Positions 38,245-48,019 of a DNA stretch of 64,000 nt are shown here, piece after piece. Made by a program: the position numbers and the translations under genes. Source of the stretch: Lachnospiraceae bacterium (lineage in GTDB: Bacteria; Bacillota; Clostridia; Lachnospirales; Lachnospiraceae); assembly GCA_022800815.1 (NCBI GenBank), contig JAAWRC010000011.1, positions 13,587-77,586 on the forward strand. The letters are read 5' to 3'. The notes under the pieces were generated by a model. It was not told where the DNA came from, searched no databases, and worked only from the letters and a program-made list of their open reading frames with translations. Numbering within the stretch: the first letter of the stretch is position 1; every line of letters starts with the position of its first letter.

Positions 38245-38961
38245 ATGAAAGAAATACAGCGAATCTCAGTGACAGACGCAGTGGTGAACAGTATCCGTGA
38301 AATGATTGAGTCGGGGCAATACGAAGTGGGGCACAAACTTCCGGCGGAGGCCGCTTTCTGCGAGCAGATGAAGGTCAGCAGAACCTGCGTCCGGGAGGCC
38401 CTCCGGGTGCTCCAGACGCTCGGATACGTGGAAATCCGGCCCGGAAAGGGCGCCTTTGTCGGAAATTTTCGTCAAAAACAATCGGAAGAAAAGTGGTACG
38501 AGGGAGAAGACGCAAAGTTTTACGATTTCATGGAGGTGAGGATTGCGCTGGAGAGCCTGTCCGTGCGGCTGTCCGTCGAGAGGGCCACGGACGAACAGAT
38601 CAAGGAGCTTGCGGAGGTACATCATGCGTTTGTCGCGGCCACGGAGAAACAGGAGATCGAGCAGATGATCATGTTGGACGAACTGTTCCACTCCCAGATT
38701 GCGCTTTTCAGCAATAACCAGCTGCTGATCAACATCAACCGCCTGCTGTTGAAGGGATTCCGCGCATACCGGGGCAGTACTTTTACCAACAAGGACGTGT
38801 ATCGGAATGCGATAGAGCCTCATGCGAAAATTGTGGAATGTTTTCAAAGGCGCGATTCCGTACAGGCGGTGGCCGAGATGAACCGCCACCTGGGCATTTC
38901 CAAAAATGACATGGAGATCATACATGCGAAGGCGATAGAAAAAGGGGAAGCCGAGGTGTAA
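38245..38961 (+). CDS. FadR/GntR-family regulator (close paralogue of 20569..21273)
   Basis: MKEIQRISVTDAVV...VSRTCVREAL plus FCD domain. Confidence 0.93.
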   Translation: MKEIQRISVTDAVVNSIREMIESGQYEVGHKLPAEAAFCEQMKVSRTCVREALRVLQTLGYVEIRPGKGAFVGNFRQKQSEEKWYEGEDAKFYDFMEVRIALESLSVRLSVERATDEQIKELAEVHHAFVAATEKQEIEQMIMLDELFHSQIALFSNNQLLININRLLLKGFRAYRGSTFTNKDVYRNAIEPHAKIVECFQRRDSVQAVAEMNRHLGISKNDMEIIHAKAIEKGEAEV

Positions 38962-38999
38962 AGGAGAAAAAGAAGAATTTGGCCTGCCTTGCGGTGTGC

Positions 39000-39028
39000 G
39001 AGTAGGGGAAGACACTCCTCCCCTACTC
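39000..39028. terminator. Hairpin after fadR
   Basis: gagtagggga / tcccctactc 10-bp stem. Confidence 0.65.
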
Positions 39029-39040
39029 AATTAAATTTCC

Positions 39041-39247
39041 TTGACAATTCTGGACAAAGAGACTAAAATAAAGCTACATATCCGGGAGCACATCTGAACC
39101 GTTCGGTTACTGATTCCCTGTATGAAATAATAGAAACTATAGCGGAACAGAAACGAAAGGACGTCCCGGTTGGAAGTGTACGCACAGGTAAAGAATAGCC
39201 ACAAGGTATTTTCCTTTCATCTCTGTCCGCAGAAATGGGAGGAGAAT
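39041..39247 (+). promoter_or_regulatory. Near-consensus promoter followed by a ~175-nt structured 5' leader of the rpn gene
   Basis: TTGACA 39041-39046, 17 nt, TAAAAT 39064-39069; two crossing complementary segment pairs in the leader. Confidence 0.65.
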
Positions 39248-40096
39248 ATGTCAAGAAGAACATTACAGGAACTAAACTTGCTGGATGATTTTCTGTTTGG
39301 GGAGATCATGAGGAACCAAAAATGGGGAGAGCTTTTCAGTCGGTTTTTGCTGGAAACGATTTTTCAGAGGAAATTCGGGCCCCTCAGGGTGGTGCCGCAG
39401 AAAGTGTATGGCGGAAAGGATACGGGCCTGCACGGGGCCAGGCTGGATGTGTTCCTGGAAGAGGCGGAGGAAGAAGGGGCGTCCTGCCGGGCTTCGATCT
39501 ATGACGTGGAGCCGGACCAGAAGAAGATGAGTCCCGGGGACATCTCCCGTCGCACCCGTTTCTATCACGCATTGATCGATGCGGATTGTCTGAAATCAGG
39601 GGCGGACTACGAGAGCTTGAAGGACGTGATCGTCATATTTATCCTCTCCGACGATCCATTTGGGGCAGACCGGATGATCTACACGATCCGCAGCATGTGC
39701 AAGGAAGATCCGGAGATGTCTTATGACGACGGGGCGCAAACGTTGTTTCTGTACACAAAGGGGACAAAGGGACAGGCTCCGAAAGCCCTTGGCCAGCTTT
39801 TGCGCTACATGGAAGCGAGTATCGCGGAAAATGCGGTGAATCCGGAGCTTGAGAAGATCCATCACATTGTTGAGTCCGTGAAGCGGAATAAGGAGGTGGA
39901 GATCAGTTATATGAAATCCTGGGAAAGAGATCAAGAATTGGTTAGGCAGGGCCGGGAGGAAGAGCGGGAAAACACGGAGCGGGAGCGGCGCAGGGCGGAT
40001 CAGGCAGAGCGGGAGGCAGAACAGGAAAAACGGAAAGCAGAGGCAAAAATATTGGCATTAGAGGCGGAACTGAGAAAATATAGAGAGAAGGTATGA
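39248..40096 (+). CDS. Rpn / PD-(D/E)XK_2 family nuclease (putative transposase)
   Basis: LNLLDDFLF, RLDV, DVE, RTRFY...ID, VIFI...DPFG, LFLYTKG; coiled-coil tail. Confidence 0.9.
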   Translation: MSRRTLQELNLLDDFLFGEIMRNQKWGELFSRFLLETIFQRKFGPLRVVPQKVYGGKDTGLHGARLDVFLEEAEEEGASCRASIYDVEPDQKKMSPGDISRRTRFYHALIDADCLKSGADYESLKDVIVIFILSDDPFGADRMIYTIRSMCKEDPEMSYDDGAQTLFLYTKGTKGQAPKALGQLLRYMEASIAENAVNPELEKIHHIVESVKRNKEVEISYMKSWERDQELVRQGREEERENTERERRRADQAEREAEQEKRKAEAKILALEAELRKYREKV

Positions 40097-40108
40097 CGAT
40101 TGAAGACA

Positions 40109-40157
40109 TCTGTCAAACGGGATCGGAGTCCCGTGGCAGATGTCTTCGTTTTTTTAT
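40109..40157 (+). terminator. Long intrinsic terminator after rpn
   Basis: gaagacatctg...cagatgtcttc stem followed by a T7 tract. Confidence 0.7.
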
Positions 40158-40269
40158 AAACGTCCTCTATATATTGTTCGAATTTCCGTATTGGTATTTG
40201 GGGCGGAGGAATGTTAGGATGAAAAAAACAGATTCCAGAGGGGGATCGGTGGAGAAGGAGGAGAGAGCG

Positions 40270-41247
40270 ATGAGCCAGACTGTGAAAGAGATGCCGGCGG
40301 GGATCCGGAACCTGTTCACGTCCATCACCCATTACAAAGAGGGAGAAAGGATATTGATCATCACGGACGACAACAAGCTGGAGATCGGGCGGCTGGTGTA
40401 CCGGTATGCGAAGGAGGTGGCGAGGGACGTGGCGATGGCGGTCATGGAGCCGAGAAAGGGGCACGGTTCCGAGCCGCCCCAGGCGGTCGCACAGGCGATG
40501 CTGGCCTGCGACATCTGCCTGGGGGCGACCACCATGTCGCTGTACCATTCCCAGGCGAGGAACATTGCCTGTAAGGAGAGGGGCATGCGCTGGGTCGGCC
40601 TGCAGGACTTCGTGCCGGAAATGTTCGAGCGGGGCGGAATGACGGCGGATTTTGACGAGATCCACAGGGAGATCGACCGGGTCGCCCACCTGTACGAGGG
40701 GAAACGGTTCCGGCTGACGGCGCCCGGCGGGACGGACATGACCTGCAGCGTGGAGGGCAGGAAGGTGGTGGTGGACTACGGGACGGCCATCACGCCCGGT
40801 GCCGCCTGCGGCACGCCCAATGCGGAGATTGCCCTGGGGCCGGTGGAGGGGACGGCGGAGGGCGTCCTCGTCATAGACGGGAGTATTCCCCATCCGCTGC
40901 TCAACGTCATCGAGGAGCCGATCACCTGCAGGGTGGAGAAGGGTTATATTACGGAGATCACGGGGGGACGCCAGGCGGAGATTCTGAGACGGATACTGGA
41001 GGAGTATCACGATCCCACGGTCTATAACGTGGCGGAGCTGGGCCTGGGAATGAATCCTCTCAATGAGATCATCGGGCACATGGCTCCGGACGAGGGTTCC
41101 TACGGAAACATCCATGTGGGGATCGGGAAGAACACGGGTTTTGGCGGCCATGTGACGTCGCCGCTTCACCTGGACATGGTGGTGAAAACCATTACGGCGG
41201 AGATTGACGGGAGATATTTCATGAAAGACGGGGTTTTGATGGTTTGA
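40270..41247 (+). CDS. M29-like (aminopeptidase T / leucyl aminopeptidase-type) metallo-hydrolase
   Basis: EPP, P.AE, DGSIP, AELGLG.NP, HVGIG. Confidence 0.78.
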   Translation: MSQTVKEMPAGIRNLFTSITHYKEGERILIITDDNKLEIGRLVYRYAKEVARDVAMAVMEPRKGHGSEPPQAVAQAMLACDICLGATTMSLYHSQARNIACKERGMRWVGLQDFVPEMFERGGMTADFDEIHREIDRVAHLYEGKRFRLTAPGGTDMTCSVEGRKVVVDYGTAITPGAACGTPNAEIALGPVEGTAEGVLVIDGSIPHPLLNVIEEPITCRVEKGYITEITGGRQAEILRRILEEYHDPTVYNVAELGLGMNPLNEIIGHMAPDEGSYGNIHVGIGKNTGFGGHVTSPLHLDMVVKTITAEIDGRYFMKDGVLMV

Positions 41248-42377
41248 AAAAGTGCATTGTGATTTCGGATTCGTTTAAGGGAACTCTCTCCAGTGTGGAA
41301 ATCTGTGCCATCGCAAAGGAGAGCATTCCCCGCTTCTTCCCGGAGTGCGAGGTGGATGCGATCCCGGTGGCGGACGGCGGGGAGGGGACGGTGGCCTGTT
41401 TTGTGTCGGCCCTCGGCGCAGAGCTGGTGGAGACCACGGTGAGCGGGCCGTATTTTGAGAAGGTCCGGGCTTCCTATGCCAGGATCGGTTCCCGGGCCGT
41501 GATTGAGACGGCGGCGGCCGCCGGGCTTCCCCTGGTGGGGGAGCGGAGGAATCCGGCGGCGACCACCACCTACGGCGTGGGGGAATTGATCCGCCATGCA
41601 CGGACCCACGGGTGCGGGGAAATTTTCCTCGGAATCGGGGGGAGTGCCACCAACGACGGGGGCTGCGGGTGTGCGGCGGCCCTCGGGGTCCGGTTTCTTG
41701 ACCGGGAGGGGAGGGCTTTCGTGCCGACGGGGGAATGCCTTTCCCGGATTGCTTCCATTGACTGCGGGGAGGCGGAACGGCTTCTGGGAGGGGCGAGGAT
41801 CACGGTGATGTGTGACGTGACCAATCCTCTGCACGGGGAACATGGGGCGGCCTTCGTGTTCGGCCCGCAAAAGGGGGCGGACCCGGACATGGTCCGTATG
41901 CTGGACGGAGAGCTGAGGGCCTTCGGCCGGGTGCTCCGTGAGGGTCTTGGCAGGGATGTCTCCGCCCTCCCCGGAGCCGGGGCCGCCGGAGGCATGGGGG
42001 GCGGGATGGCGGCTTTGTTCGGAGCGGAATTAAGGTCCGGCATCGAGGCGATTCTGGACATGGTGGATTTTGACAGACGGCTTTTGGGTGCGGATTTGGT
42101 GATCACCGGGGAGGGCCGGGTCGACGGCCAGAGCATGCAGGGGAAGGTGCTTTCCGGGGTTGCCGGGCGGACGAAAAGGGCCGGAGTGCCCCTGGTGGTC
42201 ATCGCCGGGGGAATCGGTGACGGTGCGGAGGCGGCCTATGAAATGGGGGTGACCGCCATGTTCGGGATCGATCGGCCGGCGGTGGCCTTTGAGGATTACG
42301 GGGCGGAGTCAGGGCGGCATTATCAGGCGGTCCTGGAGGATGTTCTGCGGCTTGGGAAGGCGGCGGGGAAGTGGTGA
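41244..42377 (+). CDS. glxK: Glycerate kinase
   Basis: DSFKGTL, ADGGEGT, GGSATNDGG, GAAGG, TGEG. Confidence 0.93.
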   Translation: MKKCIVISDSFKGTLSSVEICAIAKESIPRFFPECEVDAIPVADGGEGTVACFVSALGAELVETTVSGPYFEKVRASYARIGSRAVIETAAAAGLPLVGERRNPAATTTYGVGELIRHARTHGCGEIFLGIGGSATNDGGCGCAAALGVRFLDREGRAFVPTGECLSRIASIDCGEAERLLGGARITVMCDVTNPLHGEHGAAFVFGPQKGADPDMVRMLDGELRAFGRVLREGLGRDVSALPGAGAAGGMGGGMAALFGAELRSGIEAILDMVDFDRRLLGADLVITGEGRVDGQSMQGKVLSGVAGRTKRAGVPLVVIAGGIGDGAEAAYEMGVTAMFGIDRPAVAFEDYGAESGRHYQAVLEDVLRLGKAAGKW

Positions 42378-42398
42378 AGGGCATCCCGGGCGGGAGGT

Positions 42399-43295
42399 TC
42401 AGAGGTTGTCCGTGAGGTCGGAGTTCAGGATAAATTGGTAAAAGGCTTCGCTGGGTTTCGAGAGTTTTTTGCTTTTGGCCTTTACCAGGTAGAGTTTTCT
42501 GTCCTGGTCGATGTCGGAAAAGGGGATTCGCTTTACCGGGCTGTGGTCCAGAATGGAGACCTCCGGGACGATGGCCACGGCCTGGCTGCCCTCCAGCATG
42601 GCGGCGATGGAGGATTCTTCTTCGAATTCGTAAATGATGTTGGCTTTCACGTTGGCGCCGGAGATGATCTCGTCTACCAGGCGCCTGCTCTCCCCCGTAA
42701 AGCTGTTGTAGGTGATTAACGGGTAGGAGAGGGCTTCCTTTGCGGAGACCTGGGGGCGGGAGGCCAGCGGGTGGTCCGGGGAGACGATGAGGATCAGCCG
42801 CTGCCTGATGATGGGGACGAATTCAATGTCGTATTCTTCCCGGACGAAGGCGCAGATGCCGAGGTCGTAGGTCCCGTTCTTGATCCCCTCGATGATGATG
42901 CGGCTGTGGGCCTGGCCGAAAATAAAGTGGTATTTGCTGTGCCTGGGAAGTTCGATAAAGCTGTTCACCAGCCGGGGGACCAGGGAATGGCCGAGAATGT
43001 ACAGGTAGGCGAAATGGATGATGTCCGGTGTCTCGGTGGAAATCTGCTTCAGAAGCTCCACGCCGGAATTGATCTGTGTGAGGGCGGGGGCCACGTGGTC
43101 GTAAAAGATCTGTCCGTACTGGGTGAGCTTCACGTTCCGGCCGTTTTTCATGAACAGGGAAACGCCCAGTTCTTCTTCCAGCTTCGCAATGGCGTAGCTT
43201 AAGCTGGGCTGTGAAATGTACAGGGCTTCGGAAGCCTGGGTATAATGCTCCAACTGGGCAAGTTTTACAAAATAGGAAAGAAAATTATAAGTCAT
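42399..43295 (-). CDS. LysR-family transcriptional regulator
   Basis: ASEALYISQPSLS..I..LEEELG..LF.K.GR..LT. Confidence 0.93.
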   Translation of the reverse strand: MTYNFLSYFVKLAQLEHYTQASEALYISQPSLSYAIAKLEEELGVSLFMKNGRNVKLTQYGQIFYDHVAPALTQINSGVELLKQISTETPDIIHFAYLYILGHSLVPRLVNSFIELPRHSKYHFIFGQAHSRIIIEGIKNGTYDLGICAFVREEYDIEFVPIIRQRLILIVSPDHPLASRPQVSAKEALSYPLITYNSFTGESRRLVDEIISGANVKANIIYEFEEESSIAAMLEGSQAVAIVPEVSILDHSPVKRIPFSDIDQDRKLYLVKAKSKKLSKPSEAFYQFILNSDLTDNL

Positions 43296-43446
43296 CTGTC
43301 AAAACACCTCGTCTAACCATGATTTTTCTGGATGTTCCCATTATACCATAAAAAAAGAAATGGATTCATTTAGTTTCTCTATGGCTTTCTGGAAAATATG
43401 TATTGGTGTGGAGGGTGTCGGCGGATGCGGGAAGGGGGATTCAGGG

Positions 43447-44214
43447 ATGGAATCAAAAATGGAATCTGAAACGGAACGGGGAGGGTGGAGGCGGCACTTG
43501 CTTTCTCTTGCGGCGGCCGCACATGACGCAGAGGAAATTCGGGCAGAATATTACAGAAGTAAGGCGGAGACGGCGGTCAAAAACCTAAGAAGGAATCTGT
43601 TTGAGGCGCATTATGCCGACTCGCTGGGCCAGGCAAAGGAGCTTCTCCTGAGCCTGATCCCGGAGGGGGCCGTCGTGGGCTGCGGGGATTCCCACACGCT
43701 GTTTGCCATGGACCTGGAAGGGAGTCTTTCGGAGAAGGGGTGCACGGTGATTCCCCATGTCTGCGTCAACCGTCCTTTTATGGAGGAGAACGGAGGGTTC
43801 CGGGACCGGGAGGAGGCGAGACGGGTCACACGGGAGATTATACGGAATTATCTGGCCAGTGACGTGTTTCTTCTGGGGGCCAACGCCATTACCATGGACG
43901 GACAGATCGTCAACGTGGACGGGAGGGGAAACCGGATTGCCGGGAGTCTTTACGGGCCGGAGCGGGTTATCGTTCTGGCCGGGGCCAACAAGCTGGTGCC
44001 GGACGAGCGGGCGGGCCGGGAGCGGGCGGGCTTCGTGTCCGCAGCCATGAACCATGTGAAGTACGGGAAGGGGGAGATGCCCTGCATGAAGGCGGGGGTC
44101 TGTCTGGACTGCCGTCATCCGGAGCGCTCCTGCAGCATCACGACCGTCATCCACAGGAAGCCCCACGATGCGGATTTCCACGTCATTCTGGTGGGGGAGG
44201 AGCTGGGCTTCTGA
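43447..44214 (+). CDS. LUD-domain (LutC/YkgG-like) protein
   Basis: NAITMDGQIVNVDGRGNR, GP..VI..AG.NKLV, Cys cluster PC...G.C.DC....C. Confidence 0.82.
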   Translation: MESKMESETERGGWRRHLLSLAAAAHDAEEIRAEYYRSKAETAVKNLRRNLFEAHYADSLGQAKELLLSLIPEGAVVGCGDSHTLFAMDLEGSLSEKGCTVIPHVCVNRPFMEENGGFRDREEARRVTREIIRNYLASDVFLLGANAITMDGQIVNVDGRGNRIAGSLYGPERVIVLAGANKLVPDERAGRERAGFVSAAMNHVKYGKGEMPCMKAGVCLDCRHPERSCSITTVIHRKPHDADFHVILVGEELGF

Positions 44215-44236
44215 CTGCCTTGCAGGAAAACTCAGC

Positions 44237-44455
44237 CCCGGCAATTGCGCAGCCACGAAACTTGATAAAGATTCTGACGACTGCTTCCAGGAAAAGCCCT
44301 CTGCGCCGTGGAAGCAAGACCAGAGAAGACAGGAGGGATTCTTTCCCGAGTGGCTTCTGCGGTTCTGGGCTTGCTGGAACGCTTGGCGCAGCAGGCTTTG
44401 GATGGACGCAGTCGTCAGAATCTGTTCTGCGATTCTGAGTTGTGCAATTGCCGGG
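44237..44455 (+). repeat. Palindromic intergenic element, copy 1 (candidate structured RNA or REP/MITE-like element)
   Basis: 117-nt core 44291-44407 matches the reverse complement of 50515-50630; perfect 15-bp inner IR plus an outer IR. Confidence 0.85.
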
Positions 44456-44571
44456 AACTCATATAGAATCTCTATGGATTCTTTGTAAGATATGTATTGG
44501 AATTTTGAAATGGGAACGGGTAAACTATTAAAAACAACCAAAAGAAGCAAGACGGTCAGGAGGAAATAACG

Positions 44572-45765
44572 ATGAATGATTTGTATGGGGCGGCCCGCAG
44601 GCTGGATCTGGTGCAGTTCTCGCCGGTCCGCAGGGTGCTGGAGCGGGCCAACGAGCTGGCGGGGCAGGGCAGGGACATCCTGCATGTGGAGATCGGGGAG
44701 CCGGATTTTGATACTCCCTCTGATATCGTGGAGGCGACGGTGCATGCGCTCGCCGTCGAGAAAAGGACCCACTATCCGCCGAACCGGGGGGTCCTAAAGC
44801 TCCGGAACGCCATTTCGGACATGCTTAAGGAGCAGTTCCATGTATCTTATGACGGCGCTTCGGAGGTCCTGGTGACCTGCGGGGCGGCGGAGGCGATCTT
44901 CGACGCCGTCATGGCGTTGGTGAACGAGGGGGACGAGGTGATCGTTATGACTCCCGCTTACATGAATTATGAAAACTGCATCCGCATGGCCGGGGCGTCC
45001 TGTATGAAGGTGGAGCTTTTGGAGAGTACCGGCTACCAGGTGGACGAGGCGGCCCTGGAGGCGGCGGTGACGGAGCGGACCAGGATGATCGTCCTCACGA
45101 ACCCGAACAATCCCACGGGCACGGTCATGAACCGGGAGAGCCTTCAGAAGATTGCGGCGGTGGCCAGGGCCCATGACCTGGTCGTGTTGTCGGACGAGAT
45201 TTATGCGGCCATGCACTACGGGGGGGAATACGTTTCTTTTGCGTCTCTTCCGGGCATGAAGGAGCGCACGGTTCTGGTCAGTGGGTTTTCGAAATGCTTT
45301 GCCATGACCGGGTGGCGGATTGGCTACGTGGCCTGTGATGCCAGGTTCTATTCCCAGATTCTCAAGGTCCATCAGTACGCCACCAACTGTATTCCCACGT
45401 TTATCCAGGAGGGGCTGGCAGCCGGGATGCGGACGGAAAAGACGGCGATGGACGTGAAGGCGATGGTGCTCACCTTTGACGAGAGGCGGCGGATGGTGCT
45501 GGAAATGCTTTCTCAGGTTCCGGGGGTGTCTTGCAGCGGGGCCGATGGCGCTTTTTATGTGTTTGTCAATGTCTCCGGGACGGGCCTTTCTGGAACGGAA
45601 TTTGCCGAACGGCTTTTGGAAGAGCAGGGGGTGGCGCTGGTTCCGGGGGCGGCTTTCGGGGATGGCTGTCGAAACTGTGTCAGGATTTCTTACGGGACTT
45701 CCATAGACGTGCTTGACAAGGCCCTGCAGAGGATCCGGGAATTCGCTGCGGCGCTTTGCAAATAA
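44572..45765 (+). CDS. Class I/II PLP-dependent aminotransferase
   Basis: IGEPDF, NPNNPTG, DEIY, GFSK.FAMTGWRIG. Confidence 0.93.
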   Translation: MNDLYGAARRLDLVQFSPVRRVLERANELAGQGRDILHVEIGEPDFDTPSDIVEATVHALAVEKRTHYPPNRGVLKLRNAISDMLKEQFHVSYDGASEVLVTCGAAEAIFDAVMALVNEGDEVIVMTPAYMNYENCIRMAGASCMKVELLESTGYQVDEAALEAAVTERTRMIVLTNPNNPTGTVMNRESLQKIAAVARAHDLVVLSDEIYAAMHYGGEYVSFASLPGMKERTVLVSGFSKCFAMTGWRIGYVACDARFYSQILKVHQYATNCIPTFIQEGLAAGMRTEKTAMDVKAMVLTFDERRRMVLEMLSQVPGVSCSGADGAFYVFVNVSGTGLSGTEFAERLLEEQGVALVPGAAFGDGCRNCVRISYGTSIDVLDKALQRIREFAAALCK

Positions 45766-45786
45766 AAAAACGAAGGAGGATTCACA

Positions 45787-47127
45787 ATGAAAAAGGTACT
45801 TGCAGTGCTTCTTGCGGCGGCCATGACGTTTTCCCTCGTCGGCTGCGGGGGCGCAGGAGGGGAAGGGAAAGGAACGGAGAAAAAAACGGAAGACGTGGGG
45901 ACGGAGACGGCGGACGTGCCCGGAGACACGAAGGCGGAGTCCTCCGGTCAGGAGGCGGGGGAGACGATCCGGGTCGGCGTCCTCTACCCTCTCACCGGGA
46001 ACAACGCCACGGCGGGAATGGAGTCCGTGAAGTGCCTGGAAACGGCGGCGGAACTGATCAACGGTTCCTATGATATCGACTTCCCGGGGGCGAAGACGGA
46101 GGGTATCCAGAGCATGGGCGGTGCGAAAATCGAGATCATTGCGGCGGACTCCCAGGCCAGTGCGGAGGTTTCCGCCACGGAAGCGGAACGGCTGATCACC
46201 GAGGAGCACGTGGACGCCCTGATCGGCTGTGACATTTCCAGTTGTACCAAGACGGCCAGTGCGGTGGCGGAGCGCTACGGGGTTCCGTTCATCAACGGGG
46301 AGTCTTCCTCCGACAGCCTGGTGGGGCGGGGGCTGGATTATTTCTTCCACGTGGGCCCCAACGACAGTCTTCTGGTGGCTTCCTCCTTTGATTACCTGGA
46401 CAAGATCCGGGAGTCGGCGGGGATCGAGTCGGTGGCGATCTGCGGTGCGGACGACGACTCCGGCACCAATTTCGTGAATTTCTGTGAGAAGGAGGCCAAG
46501 GAGAGGGGCTATACCATTGCCACCCAGTTCACTTACACCCAGGATGCGGCGACCCTCTCTTCGGAGTGCATGAAGCTCAAGGCTTCGGAGGCGGACGCCC
46601 TGATGATCTTTGCCCTGACGGGACCGGCCATCTTGTTCCTCCAGACCATGCAGGACATGGATATCAATTTTAAGACCATGATCACCGCCAGGGGAGGTTT
46701 TATCGCCACGGAGTTCTTTGACACGGTGGGGGATGCGTCTGAGTACATCATGACGGAGAACACCTGGAGTCTGGACAGCGTGTCGGACAAGGCTTTTTCT
46801 GCGGCCATCAATGACCTCTGCATCGAGAAGGCGGGCTGCGGCATGAACGGGAATTATGCCAGGGCCATGCAGGCGTTCTTCGTGCTCTGTGACGCCCTGG
46901 AACGGGCCGGAAGCAAGGACGGGGAAGCCCTTAAGGATGCGCTCTGGGCCACGGACATGGATGGCTCCGCACTGATCTGCCCCTGGGAGGGTGTGAAGTT
47001 TGACGAGGACGGGCAGAATATTTATGCGGGAGGTATCATGACCCAGGTCCAGAACGGGCAGTACGTGACCATTGATCCGGAGGTGGAACAGGCGGTGGTG
47101 CCGGTGCCTGCCTGGAAGGACCGCTGA
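45787..47127 (+). CDS. livK: LIV-type ABC substrate-binding lipoprotein (second system)
   Basis: Lipobox LVGC; PLTG..A..G and periplasmic binding protein type-1 pattern. Confidence 0.86.
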   Translation: MKKVLAVLLAAAMTFSLVGCGGAGGEGKGTEKKTEDVGTETADVPGDTKAESSGQEAGETIRVGVLYPLTGNNATAGMESVKCLETAAELINGSYDIDFPGAKTEGIQSMGGAKIEIIAADSQASAEVSATEAERLITEEHVDALIGCDISSCTKTASAVAERYGVPFINGESSSDSLVGRGLDYFFHVGPNDSLLVASSFDYLDKIRESAGIESVAICGADDDSGTNFVNFCEKEAKERGYTIATQFTYTQDAATLSSECMKLKASEADALMIFALTGPAILFLQTMQDMDINFKTMITARGGFIATEFFDTVGDASEYIMTENTWSLDSVSDKAFSAAINDLCIEKAGCGMNGNYARAMQAFFVLCDALERAGSKDGEALKDALWATDMDGSALICPWEGVKFDEDGQNIYAGGIMTQVQNGQYVTIDPEVEQAVVPVPAWKDR

Positions 47128-47152
47128 GCGCAGACGAAAGGACGGTTGGAGT

Positions 47153-48013
47153 ATGTTAGCATTATTGCCACAGGTGCTCCTCGAGGGCGTTTTTACGGGA
47201 ATGATCATTGCGCTGATCGCCATGAGCGTGTCCCTGACGTGGGGCGTCATGTACATTATCAATTTTGCCCAGGGAGAGATCTTGATGCTGGGAATGTTTT
47301 TGTCCTACTATTTCACTTTGGCGACCGGGCTGGACCCGCTGGTCTGCCTGCCGCTCTGCGGGGTGGTCATGTATTTCTTCGGGGTGCTGATTTATAAGCT
47401 CTTGATCAGGCGGGTCATGAAATCCAGTACTTTGAGCCAGCTTCTTGTCACTTATGCGCTCAGCATCGTGCTGGTGAACGTGGCGCAGATCGCCTTCGGG
47501 CCGGCCTACAAGACGGTGGACACCCAGGTGTTTCAGGGTTCCATCCAGGTGGGAAATGTGCTGATCGCCTGGTCCAGGCTGGTGCCGCTTCTGATCTGTG
47601 TTTTCACGGCCCTGGCCCTCTACATTGTGATCAACAAGACCAACATCGGGCGTTCCATCAAGGCGACCGCCCTGAACCGGGATGCGGCGTCTTTGGTGGG
47701 TGTCAATGCGGAGCGGGCCTACACGGTCTGCATGGGCCTGGCGACGGCGGCTTCCGGCATCGGCGGGGTGGCCCTCACCTATTATTTTTCCATCTATCCC
47801 AGCGTGGGCTCGGTGTTCATGAATTTTGGCTTTACGGCCTGCTGCATCGGGGGGATGGGAAGTATTCCGGGCGCGGTCATCGGAGGGATCCTGATGGGTT
47901 TGATCGACAGCATCGTAGGTACGTTTTTCAATGTGTCGCTCAAGTACGTGGCGGTGTTCGCCCTGTTTATCCTTGTGGTTTATAAACGTCCCAAGGGGCT
48001 GTTTGGGTGGTGA
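47153..48013 (+). CDS. livH: LIV-type ABC permease
   Basis: INFAQGE, TNIGRSIKA, GGMGSIPGA. Confidence 0.88.
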   Translation: MLALLPQVLLEGVFTGMIIALIAMSVSLTWGVMYIINFAQGEILMLGMFLSYYFTLATGLDPLVCLPLCGVVMYFFGVLIYKLLIRRVMKSSTLSQLLVTYALSIVLVNVAQIAFGPAYKTVDTQVFQGSIQVGNVLIAWSRLVPLLICVFTALALYIVINKTNIGRSIKATALNRDAASLVGVNAERAYTVCMGLATAASGIGGVALTYYFSIYPSVGSVFMNFGFTACCIGGMGSIPGAVIGGILMGLIDSIVGTFFNVSLKYVAVFALFILVVYKRPKGLFGW

Positions 48014-48019
48014 TGAGAG

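Noticed and set aside
39075-39235. HDV-like or hatchet ribozyme in the rpn leader
   Set aside because: The pseudoknot topology is suggestive, but the HDV L3 consensus and the P1.1 GG are missing on both strands. The CGTTCGGTTACTGAT similarity to hatchet lacks the P1 partner strand. Kept only as an unclassified structured leader.
44291-44407. Group II intron remnant or twister-sister ribozyme as identity of the repeated core
   Set aside because: No domain V (GAGCCG...CGTACGGTTC) or complete ribozyme consensus could be matched by eye.
44794-47262. 822-aa minus-strand ORF
   Set aside because: Antisense shadow of the well-supported aminotransferase and binding-protein genes; no recognisable motifs, and long shadow frames are expected with GC-rich codon bias.
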